NCBI GenBank assembly: GCA_002478265.1 | Contig: DLNC01000012.1 | Span: forward strand, 114,074-178,073 | Direction of reading: 5' to 3' | Source: Syntrophaceae bacterium UBA7520 | GTDB taxonomy: Bacteria; Desulfobacterota; Syntrophia; Syntrophales; Smithellaceae | Length of the DNA: 64,000 nucleotides | In this document: piece after piece, positions 9,233 to 18,460 of the stretch | Layout of the letters: every line of letters begins with the position of its first letter | How positions within the stretch are numbered: the first letter of the stretch is position 1 | Made by a program: the position numbers and the translations under genes | The notes under the pieces: model-generated | Told to the model about the DNA's origin: nothing | The model's input: only the letters and a program-made list of their open reading frames with translations | The model's database searches: none

Positions 9233-9922
9233 ATGACCAGCAAGCGGTTTATAAAAAACTATCTGAATGTTTATTTTTTGCTGTTTATTATTCTCTATCC
9301 CACGATATTCTATTACCGAACAAATAATATCGAGGAAGTTACCAGGATAATAATACCGCTGTTTGTTTTTATAATTTTTATTTTTGTTTTGCTTGCGACG
9401 AACACAGATAAACGGCGCAATTTTCTTCTCTATTTTATTTTTCTCTTTATTTTTATTGGCGATTGCGTCATAAACTGGTCGCCGCGCAAGGAACTTTCCA
9501 TCATCCCCTTCAGCCTGACACATATCCTCTTGGGAACCTATTACCTGCTTGACACAAGGTTTAAAGGCAAAGATTTTCTTTTTTTCATACCCGTTGTTAT
9601 TTTTAGCGCGTTGTTATTTTTTACGACCTATAAAGATATTGAAGGCGCGCTTTTCTTGTCTGCATTTGCTATATACATAAATATTCTCAATTTCATGCTC
9701 TGGAGAGCTTTTTGTTATTTGCGCGTCGGACAAAATAATTTAAAAACTACACTGGTCATCATCGGGTCGTTATTTTTCTACGTCACCGATATTTTCGTTT
9801 CTTTATACGCGATTTATGATAATAAAATATTCATTACGCTGATCTGGATTATTTATCCACCGGCGTTGTTTTTTTTGAGCTTGATAAACATGCAGAATTC
9901 CAAATTTATTTTTTCGAGGTGA
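9233..9922 (+). CDS. YhhN-family (lysoplasmalogenase-like) membrane protein
   Basis: 229 aa, polytopic. It has two F..GD / ..TD motifs (FIFIGDCVINW and FFYVTDIFVSL) like the duplicated YhhN signature. The coding sequence is very AT-rich. Confidence 0.45.
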   Translation: MTSKRFIKNYLNVYFLLFIILYPTIFYYRTNNIEEVTRIIIPLFVFIIFIFVLLATNTDKRRNFLLYFIFLFIFIGDCVINWSPRKELSIIPFSLTHILLGTYYLLDTRFKGKDFLFFIPVVIFSALLFFTTYKDIEGALFLSAFAIYINILNFMLWRAFCYLRVGQNNLKTTLVIIGSLFFYVTDIFVSLYAIYDNKIFITLIWIIYPPALFFLSLINMQNSKFIFSR

Positions 9923-9926
9923 AAAC

Positions 9927-10544
9927 ATGATGGAAAATTCAAGATATCCGCTTTTGTTCAGCCTTTGCACCGCCATTATTCTTATCGGTTCTTTTCTTTT
10001 AACCAAAGACAGATTTACATGGGTCTTAGAAGTTTTTCCGATATTAATAGGATTTCCCATTTTGTTTTTTACTTACAAAAAGTTCCCACTAACAAAGCTT
10101 TTGTATGTTCTGCTGATAATCCACTTCACCATTCTCGCTGTGGGCGGTATTTACACTTACGCGGAAGTCCCGCTTGGTTTCTGGATGCAGGAATGGTTCA
10201 ATTTCAGCCGCAATCACTATGATCGTATCGGGCACTTCGCCCAAGGTTTTATTCCGGCGATTTTATCCCGCGAGATTCTGCTTCGGACATCGCCCCTGCG
10301 CCCGGGAAAATGGCTCTTTTTCCTGGTTGTCTGCGTTTGTCTGGCGATCAGCGCGTTTTATGAATTTATTGAATGGTGGACAGTTCTAATTAAAGGTTCG
10401 ACCGCGGAAGCGTTTTTGGGCACGCAGGGAGATGTTTGGGACGCGCACTGGGATATGCTCTTTGCCACCATCGGCGCGATTGTGGCCTTGCTGACATTAT
10501 CGAAACTGCACAACAGGTTTTTAAGAAAATATGTCAGCCTGTAA
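9927..10544 (+). CDS. DUF2238/YjdF-family inner membrane protein
   Basis: 205 aa. The block YTYAEVPLGFWMQEWFNFSRNHYDRIGHFAQGF resembles the YjdF family. Confidence 0.65.
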   Translation: MMENSRYPLLFSLCTAIILIGSFLLTKDRFTWVLEVFPILIGFPILFFTYKKFPLTKLLYVLLIIHFTILAVGGIYTYAEVPLGFWMQEWFNFSRNHYDRIGHFAQGFIPAILSREILLRTSPLRPGKWLFFLVVCVCLAISAFYEFIEWWTVLIKGSTAEAFLGTQGDVWDAHWDMLFATIGAIVALLTLSKLHNRFLRKYVSL

Positions 10545-10590
10545 CGTAAACCGTAAAAAAGACGCCGTTCATCAACTTTCAGCTACTGAT

Positions 10591-10628
10591 GATGAGGAGG
10601 GCTACAAACAACACCCTCCTCATCTTTT
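10591..10628 (+). terminator. rho-independent terminator
   Basis: Perfect 11-bp stem GATGAGGAGGG / CCCTCCTCATC with a 12-nt loop, followed by TTTT. Confidence 0.7.
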
Positions 10629-10636
10629 GAGGCAAG

Positions 10637-11002
10637 TCATCGTATAGACATCATTCTGGGCAATGCAAAAAGTTCTGAACAGCAGCCACGACAAACAAAG
10701 CAACCGCCTCTTCCACAATTATCATACCAGGTGCAAACACAGTCTCCCGCGCAATCTGTTCCGATTGACGCGCGCCTGGCCTTGGTTTGCGGCTTCATCT
10801 GCTCAACGTAGCTTTTACAATCTTTTCCTTGCAGCTTGTATGTTTCCTTGCCGTCTTTGCCCTTCTCTACGGCATAGGCGCAATCAATTGCTTTTTGTTG
10901 CACCTTTTGCGCGGCGGCCGTTAATGAAGGTGCGGCAAAAAACATGAGCAATGCCAGAATAAAAAAACAAAAAAACCATTTACGCTTTTGAAGATTTTTC
11001 AT
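10637..11002 (-). CDS. small secreted Cys-rich protein (paralogue of 53760..54101)
   Basis: Start moved to ATG 11002 (MKNLQKRKWFFCFFILALLMFFAAPSLTAAAQ, a signal peptide), preceded by GGGGGA. The mature part shares KDGKETYKLQGKDC and CVC...VCRGCC blocks with the ORF at 53760..54101. Confidence 0.6.
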   Translation of the reverse strand: MKNLQKRKWFFCFFILALLMFFAAPSLTAAAQKVQQKAIDCAYAVEKGKDGKETYKLQGKDCKSYVEQMKPQTKARRASIGTDCAGDCVCTWYDNCGRGGCFVCRGCCSELFALPRMMSIR

Positions 11003-11086
11003 TACCTTTTCCCCCTTTATTATTTTTTTGCCACAACTCATGAACCGACGTTGATTATCTACCGTATTCTGCCGATTCATTTATGA

Positions 11087-12448
11087 TTATTTAATAAAAG
11101 TATCATAAACTCCCGCGGCCATAATCAAGATAATCATCGCCGGAACAAAGTAACGAAGAAGAAAAACCCACCATTTGCCGATGGTGAAACCGGCGCAGCC
11201 TCTGTTGGCTTCACGAACCGCTTTTTTTGCACCCCACACATATCCCACGAAAATCGCCGAGAGCAGTCCACCGAGCGGCAAAAAGATGCTGTTGGCAAAC
11301 CAATCGTAAGTGTCGAGTAGATCCGTGCCAAGACCGGGAAAAGAAACTCCGCTCAACACGCTGTAACCTAAACTTGCCGGAATTCCCACGACAAATATAA
11401 TAAACCCCATAACAATGGCCGCCTGTTTTCTTTTCCACCCTTTCTCATCAATTAGCCAGGCTGAAACAACTTCCAAAAGAGAAATAGCCGAAGTTAAAGC
11501 GGCAATGCCCAAAAGCACAAAAAAGAGGACTCCAAAAATAATCCCAAAAGGCATCTGGGCAAAAACAGCGGGCAAAGTTATAAAAACCAGTCCCGGTCCC
11601 GCCCCCGGCGCAAACCCCAAGGCAAAAACCGCCGGGAAAATAGCAAAGCCAGCCAAAAGAGCCACTATTGTGTCCAGGCCCACAATGGAGGCGGAGCTTA
11701 CCGGAATTTCATCATTTTTCTTGAGATAGCTTCCGTAAGTGATAAAAACGCCCATCCCCAAACTCAAAGAAAAGAAAGCCTGCGAAATAGCGCCGAGTAA
11801 TGTTCTGCCGGTAACTTCGCTGAAATCCGGCTTCAGATAATAAGACAACCCCGCGCCGGCACCGGGCAGGGTGATAGCTCTTATAATCAGAACAATCAGC
11901 AACACAAAGAGAATGGGCATAAGAATGGTGGACCATCTTTGAATCCCGTTAATCACGCCGGAGGCAATAATACCGATAGTTAAAAGCATAAATACCGCCT
12001 GCCAGATAAGGGGCTCCCAAACACTTGCTATATGTTGCTTAAATACCTGCGCGTGGTCAATTCCCTGAGTCGTTGTAGCAACGATAACTTTATATATATA
12101 AGCAATAGACCAGCCGGCGACCACGATATAATAGGAAAGAATTACAAAGCCGGTGAAAACTCCCAGCGCCCCAACCAACCACCAGGGGCTTTGCGGCGCC
12201 AAAGATTTAAACGCCCCCACGGGGCTTTTCTGAGAAGCTCTGCCAAGAATTGTTTCATTAACAACCAGCGGATATCCGATTAGCAATATGGCAATAAGAT
12301 AAATGACTATGAAAGCCGCGCCTCCGTGTTCACCCGTCATATAAGGAAACCGCCAGATATTGCCCAAACCCACCGCCGAGCCAGCCGCGGCTAAAATAAA
12401 ACCGGCGCGGGTCGCCCAATGCTCCCGGCTTTTTTTCGGATTACTCAT
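11087..12448 (-). CDS. neurotransmitter:sodium symporter (NSS/SNF) family transporter
   Basis: 453 aa. The N-terminal signature WATRAGFILAAAGSAVGLGNIWRFPY is present, with about 11-12 TM helices. Confidence 0.9.
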   Translation of the reverse strand: MSNPKKSREHWATRAGFILAAAGSAVGLGNIWRFPYMTGEHGGAAFIVIYLIAILLIGYPLVVNETILGRASQKSPVGAFKSLAPQSPWWLVGALGVFTGFVILSYYIVVAGWSIAYIYKVIVATTTQGIDHAQVFKQHIASVWEPLIWQAVFMLLTIGIIASGVINGIQRWSTILMPILFVLLIVLIIRAITLPGAGAGLSYYLKPDFSEVTGRTLLGAISQAFFSLSLGMGVFITYGSYLKKNDEIPVSSASIVGLDTIVALLAGFAIFPAVFALGFAPGAGPGLVFITLPAVFAQMPFGIIFGVLFFVLLGIAALTSAISLLEVVSAWLIDEKGWKRKQAAIVMGFIIFVVGIPASLGYSVLSGVSFPGLGTDLLDTYDWFANSIFLPLGGLLSAIFVGYVWGAKKAVREANRGCAGFTIGKWWVFLLRYFVPAMIILIMAAGVYDTFIK

Positions 12449-12501
12449 CGGATTTTCTCCTCTCGATTATTGTAATTATAGAAGGACTAAACTTGCCCGG
12501 A

Positions 12502-12530
12502 AATATAGAAATTCCGCCTTGTTGTGTCAA
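12502..12530 (-). promoter_or_regulatory. sigma-70 promoter for the NSS transporter gene
   Basis: The minus strand reads TTGACA, a 17-nt spacer, then TATATT, about 55 nt upstream of the ATG. Confidence 0.6.
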
Positions 12531-12568
12531 GGCAAAACATGTATGACGGGTCTGTATCCTTAATTAAC

Positions 12569-12597
12569 TTGACACGGGATTTACGTCTTCATATACT
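12569..12597 (+). promoter_or_regulatory. sigma-70 promoter for the 3-hydroxyacyl-CoA dehydrogenase gene
   Basis: TTGACA (12569-12574), a 17-nt spacer, then TATACT (12592-12597). GGAGCA lies before ATG 12648. Confidence 0.6.
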
Positions 12598-12647
12598 CAC
12601 GGTCATTAAATCACCTCATCATAAAACTTGGAAAGGAGCATTTAATT

Positions 12648-13820
12648 ATGAAAGCTGAAGACATCAAAACCATCGCCATTGTCGGTGCGGGCGACATGGG
12701 CCACGGCATCGCCCAGCTGTGCGCCATGGCCGGCATGAAAATCAACCTCTACGACATCAAGCAGGAATTTGTGGACAAAGGCATGGCCAAAATGAAAGCC
12801 AGCTTCGAAAAGCAGGTGGCCAAGCAAAAAATGTCCGCAGACGATTTGAACAAAATGATGGGCAACATCAAGGGTTTCACTTCTTTGAAAGATGCCGTCG
12901 CTGACATCGATTATATGATTGAGGCAGCGCCGGAAATACTTGATCTCAAGATCAAAATTTTCAAAGAGATTGATGAAAACGCCCCGAAACACGCCATCCT
13001 CGCCTCCAATACATCCAATATGAGCATCACAGAGATGGGAGCCGCGACAAAAAGACCGGATAAAGTTCTGGGAATTCACTTTTTCAATCCGCCGGTCATG
13101 ATGGCGCTGGTCGAAGTTATCCGGGGCAAGCAGACTTCCGCAGAGACAATGAACGTCAGCTATGAATTATTCTCCAAAATGAAAAATTTCCGCGGTCCGA
13201 TGGTTCCGGTAAGGGTGGAAAAGGATTCGCCGGGCTTTATCTTCAACCGCATCAACGCGCCGGTAGGCCTTTATCTGGCGCAGATATACGAGCAGGGTTT
13301 GGTAAACCCGGAAGCGGTTGACGCCAAAATCAGATCAATCGGCTCACCGATGGGGCCTTACGAAACAATGGATTTCTCCGGACTGGATGTTTACATGCAC
13401 GGCACAGAATATTTTGCCAAAACCCTCTCCCCCGAATTCAAAGCCGCCAACTGGCTTAAGAAATTGAACGAAGCCGGAACACTGGGTAAAAAGAGCGGCA
13501 AGGGAATATTTGTCTGGCCGGACGGCAACAGGCCGCAAATTGATATGAGCAAGGCCGATCCCAATTTTGACCCGATGGATATCGTTTGTCTGCAGGTAAA
13601 CGAGGGAACAAGGCTTCTGGAAGAGGGCGTCACCAGCAGCGCGGCGGAAATAGACAAGGCCATGGTCAACGGCGGCGGCTCCCCCTTCGGGCCTTTTGCG
13701 CTGGCCAAAGGAATGGGCTGGCCCAAAGTTGCCGAACGCTGCGAAGCTGTCTCCAAAAAACTGGGCATTAAGTGGTTCCTTCCCACCGAAACACTAAAAA
13801 AAGGAAATATTCAGATTTAA
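12648..13820 (+). CDS. 3-hydroxyacyl-CoA dehydrogenase (NAD-binding, extended C-terminus)
   Basis: 390 aa. IAIVGAGDMGHGIA Rossmann motif, and the SNTS and HFFNP motifs of the 3HCDH family. Confidence 0.85.
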   Translation: MKAEDIKTIAIVGAGDMGHGIAQLCAMAGMKINLYDIKQEFVDKGMAKMKASFEKQVAKQKMSADDLNKMMGNIKGFTSLKDAVADIDYMIEAAPEILDLKIKIFKEIDENAPKHAILASNTSNMSITEMGAATKRPDKVLGIHFFNPPVMMALVEVIRGKQTSAETMNVSYELFSKMKNFRGPMVPVRVEKDSPGFIFNRINAPVGLYLAQIYEQGLVNPEAVDAKIRSIGSPMGPYETMDFSGLDVYMHGTEYFAKTLSPEFKAANWLKKLNEAGTLGKKSGKGIFVWPDGNRPQIDMSKADPNFDPMDIVCLQVNEGTRLLEEGVTSSAAEIDKAMVNGGGSPFGPFALAKGMGWPKVAERCEAVSKKLGIKWFLPTETLKKGNIQI

Positions 13821-13830
13821 AAAGATCGCG

Positions 13831-13866
13831 AAAGGGAGTTCATCAGGGATGAACTCCCTTTCTTGC
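13831..13866 (+). terminator. rho-independent terminator
   Basis: Perfect 13-bp stem AAGGGAGTTCATC / GATGAACTCCCTT with a 3-nt loop, followed by TTCTT. Confidence 0.75.
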
Positions 13867-13907
13867 CGGTCTGCACCCTGCGACATAACTTTCTTGTAAT
13901 CGCTTCT

Positions 13908-13937
13908 TTATTGCTATATAAATTATTGCTATATAAA
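13908..13937. repeat. perfect 15-bp tandem duplication (TTATTGCTATATAAA x2)
   Basis: Read directly from the sequence. Copy 1 supplies TTGCTA and copy 2 supplies TAAACT/TATAAA, spaced like -35/-10 boxes upstream of the ATPase gene. Confidence 0.8.
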
Positions 13938-13973
13938 CTCGCGCAGGCACAAGTTTTCCGTTCAGAGCGATAC

Positions 13974-14696
13974 ATGCATTTAAAAAGCGTCAAATTTCAC
14001 TCGGAAAAATATCCGACAAAAGAAATTTATCCCTTTTCTTTGCCGATCTTCCATAGAACGCAATCAATTAATTTTGATGCGCCGGTCACGCTTTTTGTCG
14101 GAGAAAACGGCACCGGCAAATCTACATTGCTGGAAGCCATTGCGCTGGCCTGCGGCATACACATCTGGCGTTATACGGAAAGGAGTCGTCCGCAGCACAA
14201 TCCATACGAGGATCAACTTTGCAAACATATCGCTGTGGAGTGGCAAGACAGTCGTGTTCCCGGTTCTTTTTTCAGCTCGAAAATATTCCAGTATTTTGCT
14301 GAAATGCTTGATGAGTGGGCGGCGGCGGACGCGGGACAGCTCAATTACTTCGGCGGAAAATCGCTAACCACGCAGTCCCACGGCCAATCACTGATGTCAT
14401 TTTTCCGCAGCCGGTATCAGGTAAAAGGAATTTATCTGCTCGATGAGCCGGAAACCGCCCTCTCTCCGAAAAGCCAGCTTCAGTTGCTTTCCCTGCTGCA
14501 GGAAATGGCACGAATGGGGCACGCGCAGTTCATCATCGCCACGCACTCTCCGATATTGTTGGCCTGCTCTCAGGCCAGATTGTATTCCTTCGACGGTTTT
14601 ACCGTACAAGCGACAACTTATGAAGAAACCGATCATTTCCGATTATACAAAGAATTTCTGGAAAGCAGAGATAATTTCATAAAAGTGAAAAAATAA
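13974..14696 (+). CDS. stand-alone ABC-type/AAA_21-like ATPase
   Basis: Start moved to ATG 13974 (MHLKSVKF). Walker A GENGTGKST, Q-loop/signature-like QSHGQS, Walker B IYLLDEPE, H-loop ATHSP. There is no fused transporter or nuclease domain. Confidence 0.75.
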   Translation: MHLKSVKFHSEKYPTKEIYPFSLPIFHRTQSINFDAPVTLFVGENGTGKSTLLEAIALACGIHIWRYTERSRPQHNPYEDQLCKHIAVEWQDSRVPGSFFSSKIFQYFAEMLDEWAAADAGQLNYFGGKSLTTQSHGQSLMSFFRSRYQVKGIYLLDEPETALSPKSQLQLLSLLQEMARMGHAQFIIATHSPILLACSQARLYSFDGFTVQATTYEETDHFRLYKEFLESRDNFIKVKK

Positions 14697-14824
14697 CGAA
14701 ACGGAAAAACTCATTTTATCCCCTGCCTTTATCTTCGCGTTTGTCCTTTCTCTCTAGACCTGGCACATTTTTGAACCAAATAAATTGAGAAAAAACAATT
14801 TTGTATTTGACAAAAAAGATTTTT

Positions 14825-14857
14825 CCGTATAGGCATACGGCAAACGATTGCCGTATG
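14825..14857 (+). promoter_or_regulatory. two overlapping perfect inverted repeats at the nrpR-like start codon (candidate operator or RNA switch)
   Basis: CCGTAT-AGGC-ATACGG (14825-14840) and CATACGGCAA-ACGA-TTGCCGTATG (14834-14857) share the middle arm. The second repeat contains ATG 14855. TTGACA lies at 14807-14812. Confidence 0.5.
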
Positions 14858-15856
14858 AAACAGCTTTTTGATCCCGAAGATATCGAGCGTAAAAACATTC
14901 TGATGCTGAAAATTCTTCACGAAAGTTCAGAGTCGCTGGGCGCGCGTCTTATCGCGCGCCGCATGCAGGAACACGGTGTCCGCCTTAGCGAAAGAACTGT
15001 CCGCTATCATCTTAAGCTCATGGATGAAAGAGGCCTAACCAAACTCATCGGCCGTCGCGACGGAAGAATAATTACCGACATGGGACTTGACGAAATTACC
15101 AATGCCCGCGTGCAGGATAAACTCAGTCTTTCCATTTCCCGCATTGATGTTTTATCATTTAGGACAACATTTGACCTGAAGAATAAAAGCGGCTTGGTAC
15201 CGGTCAACATTTCTTTTTTTCCCAAAGATAAGTTCAAGCGCGCTCTTTTTGCCATGAAACCGGTTTTTAAAAAAAAGCTGACGGTATCGAACCGCATCGC
15301 CACTGCCCGCGCGGGGCATAAATTAGGCGATATTGTGGTGCCGGAAGGAAAGATCGGCATAGCCACGCTTTGCAGCATTGTCATCAACGGCGTCCTGCTC
15401 AAGCACGGCATTCCCATTGATTCGAAATTCGGCGGAATTCTCCAACTAAGGAACGGCGATCCTCTGCGTTTTGTCGAGCTTATTCATTACGCCGGTTCCT
15501 CGCTGGATCCGTCAGAAATATTCATCCGCGGCAAAATGACCTCGGTAAATGAAGTCATCCGCAAAGGAGAGGGGAAAATTCTCGCCAACTTTCGTGAAAT
15601 CCCGGCGCTAAGCCGCTCACTGGTTGAAGAACTGCTCGCCGATTTTAAAAAAGCCGGCATCAACGGCGTTCTGGCTATGGGAGAAGTAGGCGACCCCCTG
15701 GCACAGACAAACGTGGATATTAATAAGGCCGGAATGATTCTGGTGGGAGGACTGAATCCCATCGCCGCGGCTCATGAAGAGGGCATTGAGGCGGAAAACA
15801 AGGCGATGTCCACCGTTATGGAATTTTCTGAAATGGTCGGCATCGAGGAAATTTGA
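14855..15856 (+). CDS. NrpR-like (DUF128) transcriptional regulator
   Basis: N-terminal wHTH LKILHESSESLGARLIARRMQEHGVRLSERTVRYHLKLMDERGL followed by a DUF128-type domain, as in the methanogen nitrogen repressor NrpR. The first ATG is at 14855; the track start at 14801 is TTG. Confidence 0.65.
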   Translation: MKQLFDPEDIERKNILMLKILHESSESLGARLIARRMQEHGVRLSERTVRYHLKLMDERGLTKLIGRRDGRIITDMGLDEITNARVQDKLSLSISRIDVLSFRTTFDLKNKSGLVPVNISFFPKDKFKRALFAMKPVFKKKLTVSNRIATARAGHKLGDIVVPEGKIGIATLCSIVINGVLLKHGIPIDSKFGGILQLRNGDPLRFVELIHYAGSSLDPSEIFIRGKMTSVNEVIRKGEGKILANFREIPALSRSLVEELLADFKKAGINGVLAMGEVGDPLAQTNVDINKAGMILVGGLNPIAAAHEEGIEAENKAMSTVMEFSEMVGIEEI

Positions 15857-15914
15857 GAAATTCACAGTACATGCGCGTACGTGAAAATAATAACAACTTT
15901 ATTGGGAGGATTAA

Positions 15915-17273
<1,359 letters not shown>

Positions 17274-17336
17274 TAGAAGATACGGAAACTTTTCTTAACT
17301 GTCAGACAGGCGACAAATCAGTATTACACAAGATAA

Positions 17337-17368
17337 AGCCGCGGCTTTTTTAGCCGCGGCTATTTTTT
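17337..17368 (+). terminator. rho-independent terminator
   Basis: AGCCGCGGCT - TTTTT - AGCCGCGGCT hairpin followed by ATTTTTT. Confidence 0.75.
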
Positions 17369-17369
17369 A

Positions 17370-17398
17370 TTGAGATTTTCTCCAATGTCGGTTAGATT
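17370..17398 (+). promoter_or_regulatory. sigma-70-like promoter
   Basis: TTGAGA, a 17-nt spacer, then TAGATT, about 30 nt upstream of ATG 17429. Confidence 0.45.
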
Positions 17399-17428
17399 AA
17401 GCGCAAATGATACCTGAGGAGATCTCTG

Positions 17429-18424
17429 ATGGATCATCGCCGTTCATCACAATACCAGCACATAAAGGATTTCATCAGAAAAAACTTCCGTCATTTCAAT
17501 GCCGCGGTTCTTGCTGATGCGGCTGAGGCTTACGCAGAACTTATGCGCCGGGGAGGGAAAATGCTGGTCGCCATGGGTGGGGCGATGAGCACGGCTGAAC
17601 TGGGAATCACTCTGGCCGAAATGATCCGGCAGGACAAGGTTCACGCGATATCCTGCACCGGGGCCAATTTGGAAGAGGATTTATTCAATCTTGTCGCCCA
17701 CAATTATTATGTGCGCCTGCCCAATTACCGGGATCTTAGTCCGGACGAAGAAGCAAAATTATTAGCCAGAAAACTCAACAGGGTCACCGACACGTGCATT
17801 CCCGAAGAAGAAGCCATGAGAAAAGTGGAAAGCAGGCTTCTCGAACTCTGGAAAGAAGCGCAGAACGAAAACAAAAGGTTTTTTCCCTATGAGTTTATTT
17901 TTCAGCTCATAAAAACCGGCGTTTTTAAAAAAGATTATCAGATTGATGAAAAGAATTCCTGGCTGGTTGCCGCTTGTGAAAAAAACATCCCTGTTTTTGT
18001 TCCCGGCTGGGAAGATTCCACACTGGGAAATTTTTTTATTTCCAATATCCGGAAAAACAAAATTAAAAACATATCCCTCGTCAAATCCGGGCTGGAAACA
18101 ATGGACACGCTTATCGCCTGGTATCTAAATGCTTCCCGTGAAAGCGACATCGGTTTTTTCCAGATCGGCGGCGGAATATCCGGAGATTTTGCCATCAGCG
18201 TTGTCCCTCTTATCAGGCAGGATCTTCAAGTTGAAACCTGCAAGCTCTGGGCCTATTTTTGCCAGATATCGGACAGCACCACCTCCTACGGATCATACAG
18301 CGGCGCCATCCCCAACGAAAAAATAACATGGGAAAAACTTGCGGTAGACACGCCGAAATTTATAATTGAAAGTGACGCGACCATCGTCGTCCCGCTGATA
18401 TTTGCCTACGTGCTGGCCGGATGA
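17429..18424 (+). CDS. deoxyhypusine synthase-like / homospermidine synthase-like protein
   Basis: 331 aa. The block MGGAMSTAELG...ISCTGANLEEDLFNLV and the C-terminal GGGISGDF are typical of the DHS family. Confidence 0.8.
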   Translation: MDHRRSSQYQHIKDFIRKNFRHFNAAVLADAAEAYAELMRRGGKMLVAMGGAMSTAELGITLAEMIRQDKVHAISCTGANLEEDLFNLVAHNYYVRLPNYRDLSPDEEAKLLARKLNRVTDTCIPEEEAMRKVESRLLELWKEAQNENKRFFPYEFIFQLIKTGVFKKDYQIDEKNSWLVAACEKNIPVFVPGWEDSTLGNFFISNIRKNKIKNISLVKSGLETMDTLIAWYLNASRESDIGFFQIGGGISGDFAISVVPLIRQDLQVETCKLWAYFCQISDSTTSYGSYSGAIPNEKITWEKLAVDTPKFIIESDATIVVPLIFAYVLAG

Positions 18425-18460
18425 CAAAATGTGACGTTTTGATTACTGACGCACAATTTA

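Noticed and set aside
13863-13973. N-terminal extensions of track ORFs (13863..13973, and similarly 4617..4724, 11003..11080, 22635..22757, 38227..38304, 41532..41645, 42638..42652, 50622..50651)
   Set aside because: The extensions overlap terminators, promoters or neighbouring genes and lack an RBS. In each case an internal ATG with a good Shine-Dalgarno sequence coincides with the normal family N-terminus or a signal peptide.
14761-14776. TGGCACATTTTTGAAC as a sigma-54 promoter upstream of the nrpR-like gene
   Set aside because: The -12 region reads TTGA one position too early and lacks the GC dinucleotide at the strict GG-N10-GC spacing. A TTGACA box follows at 14807.
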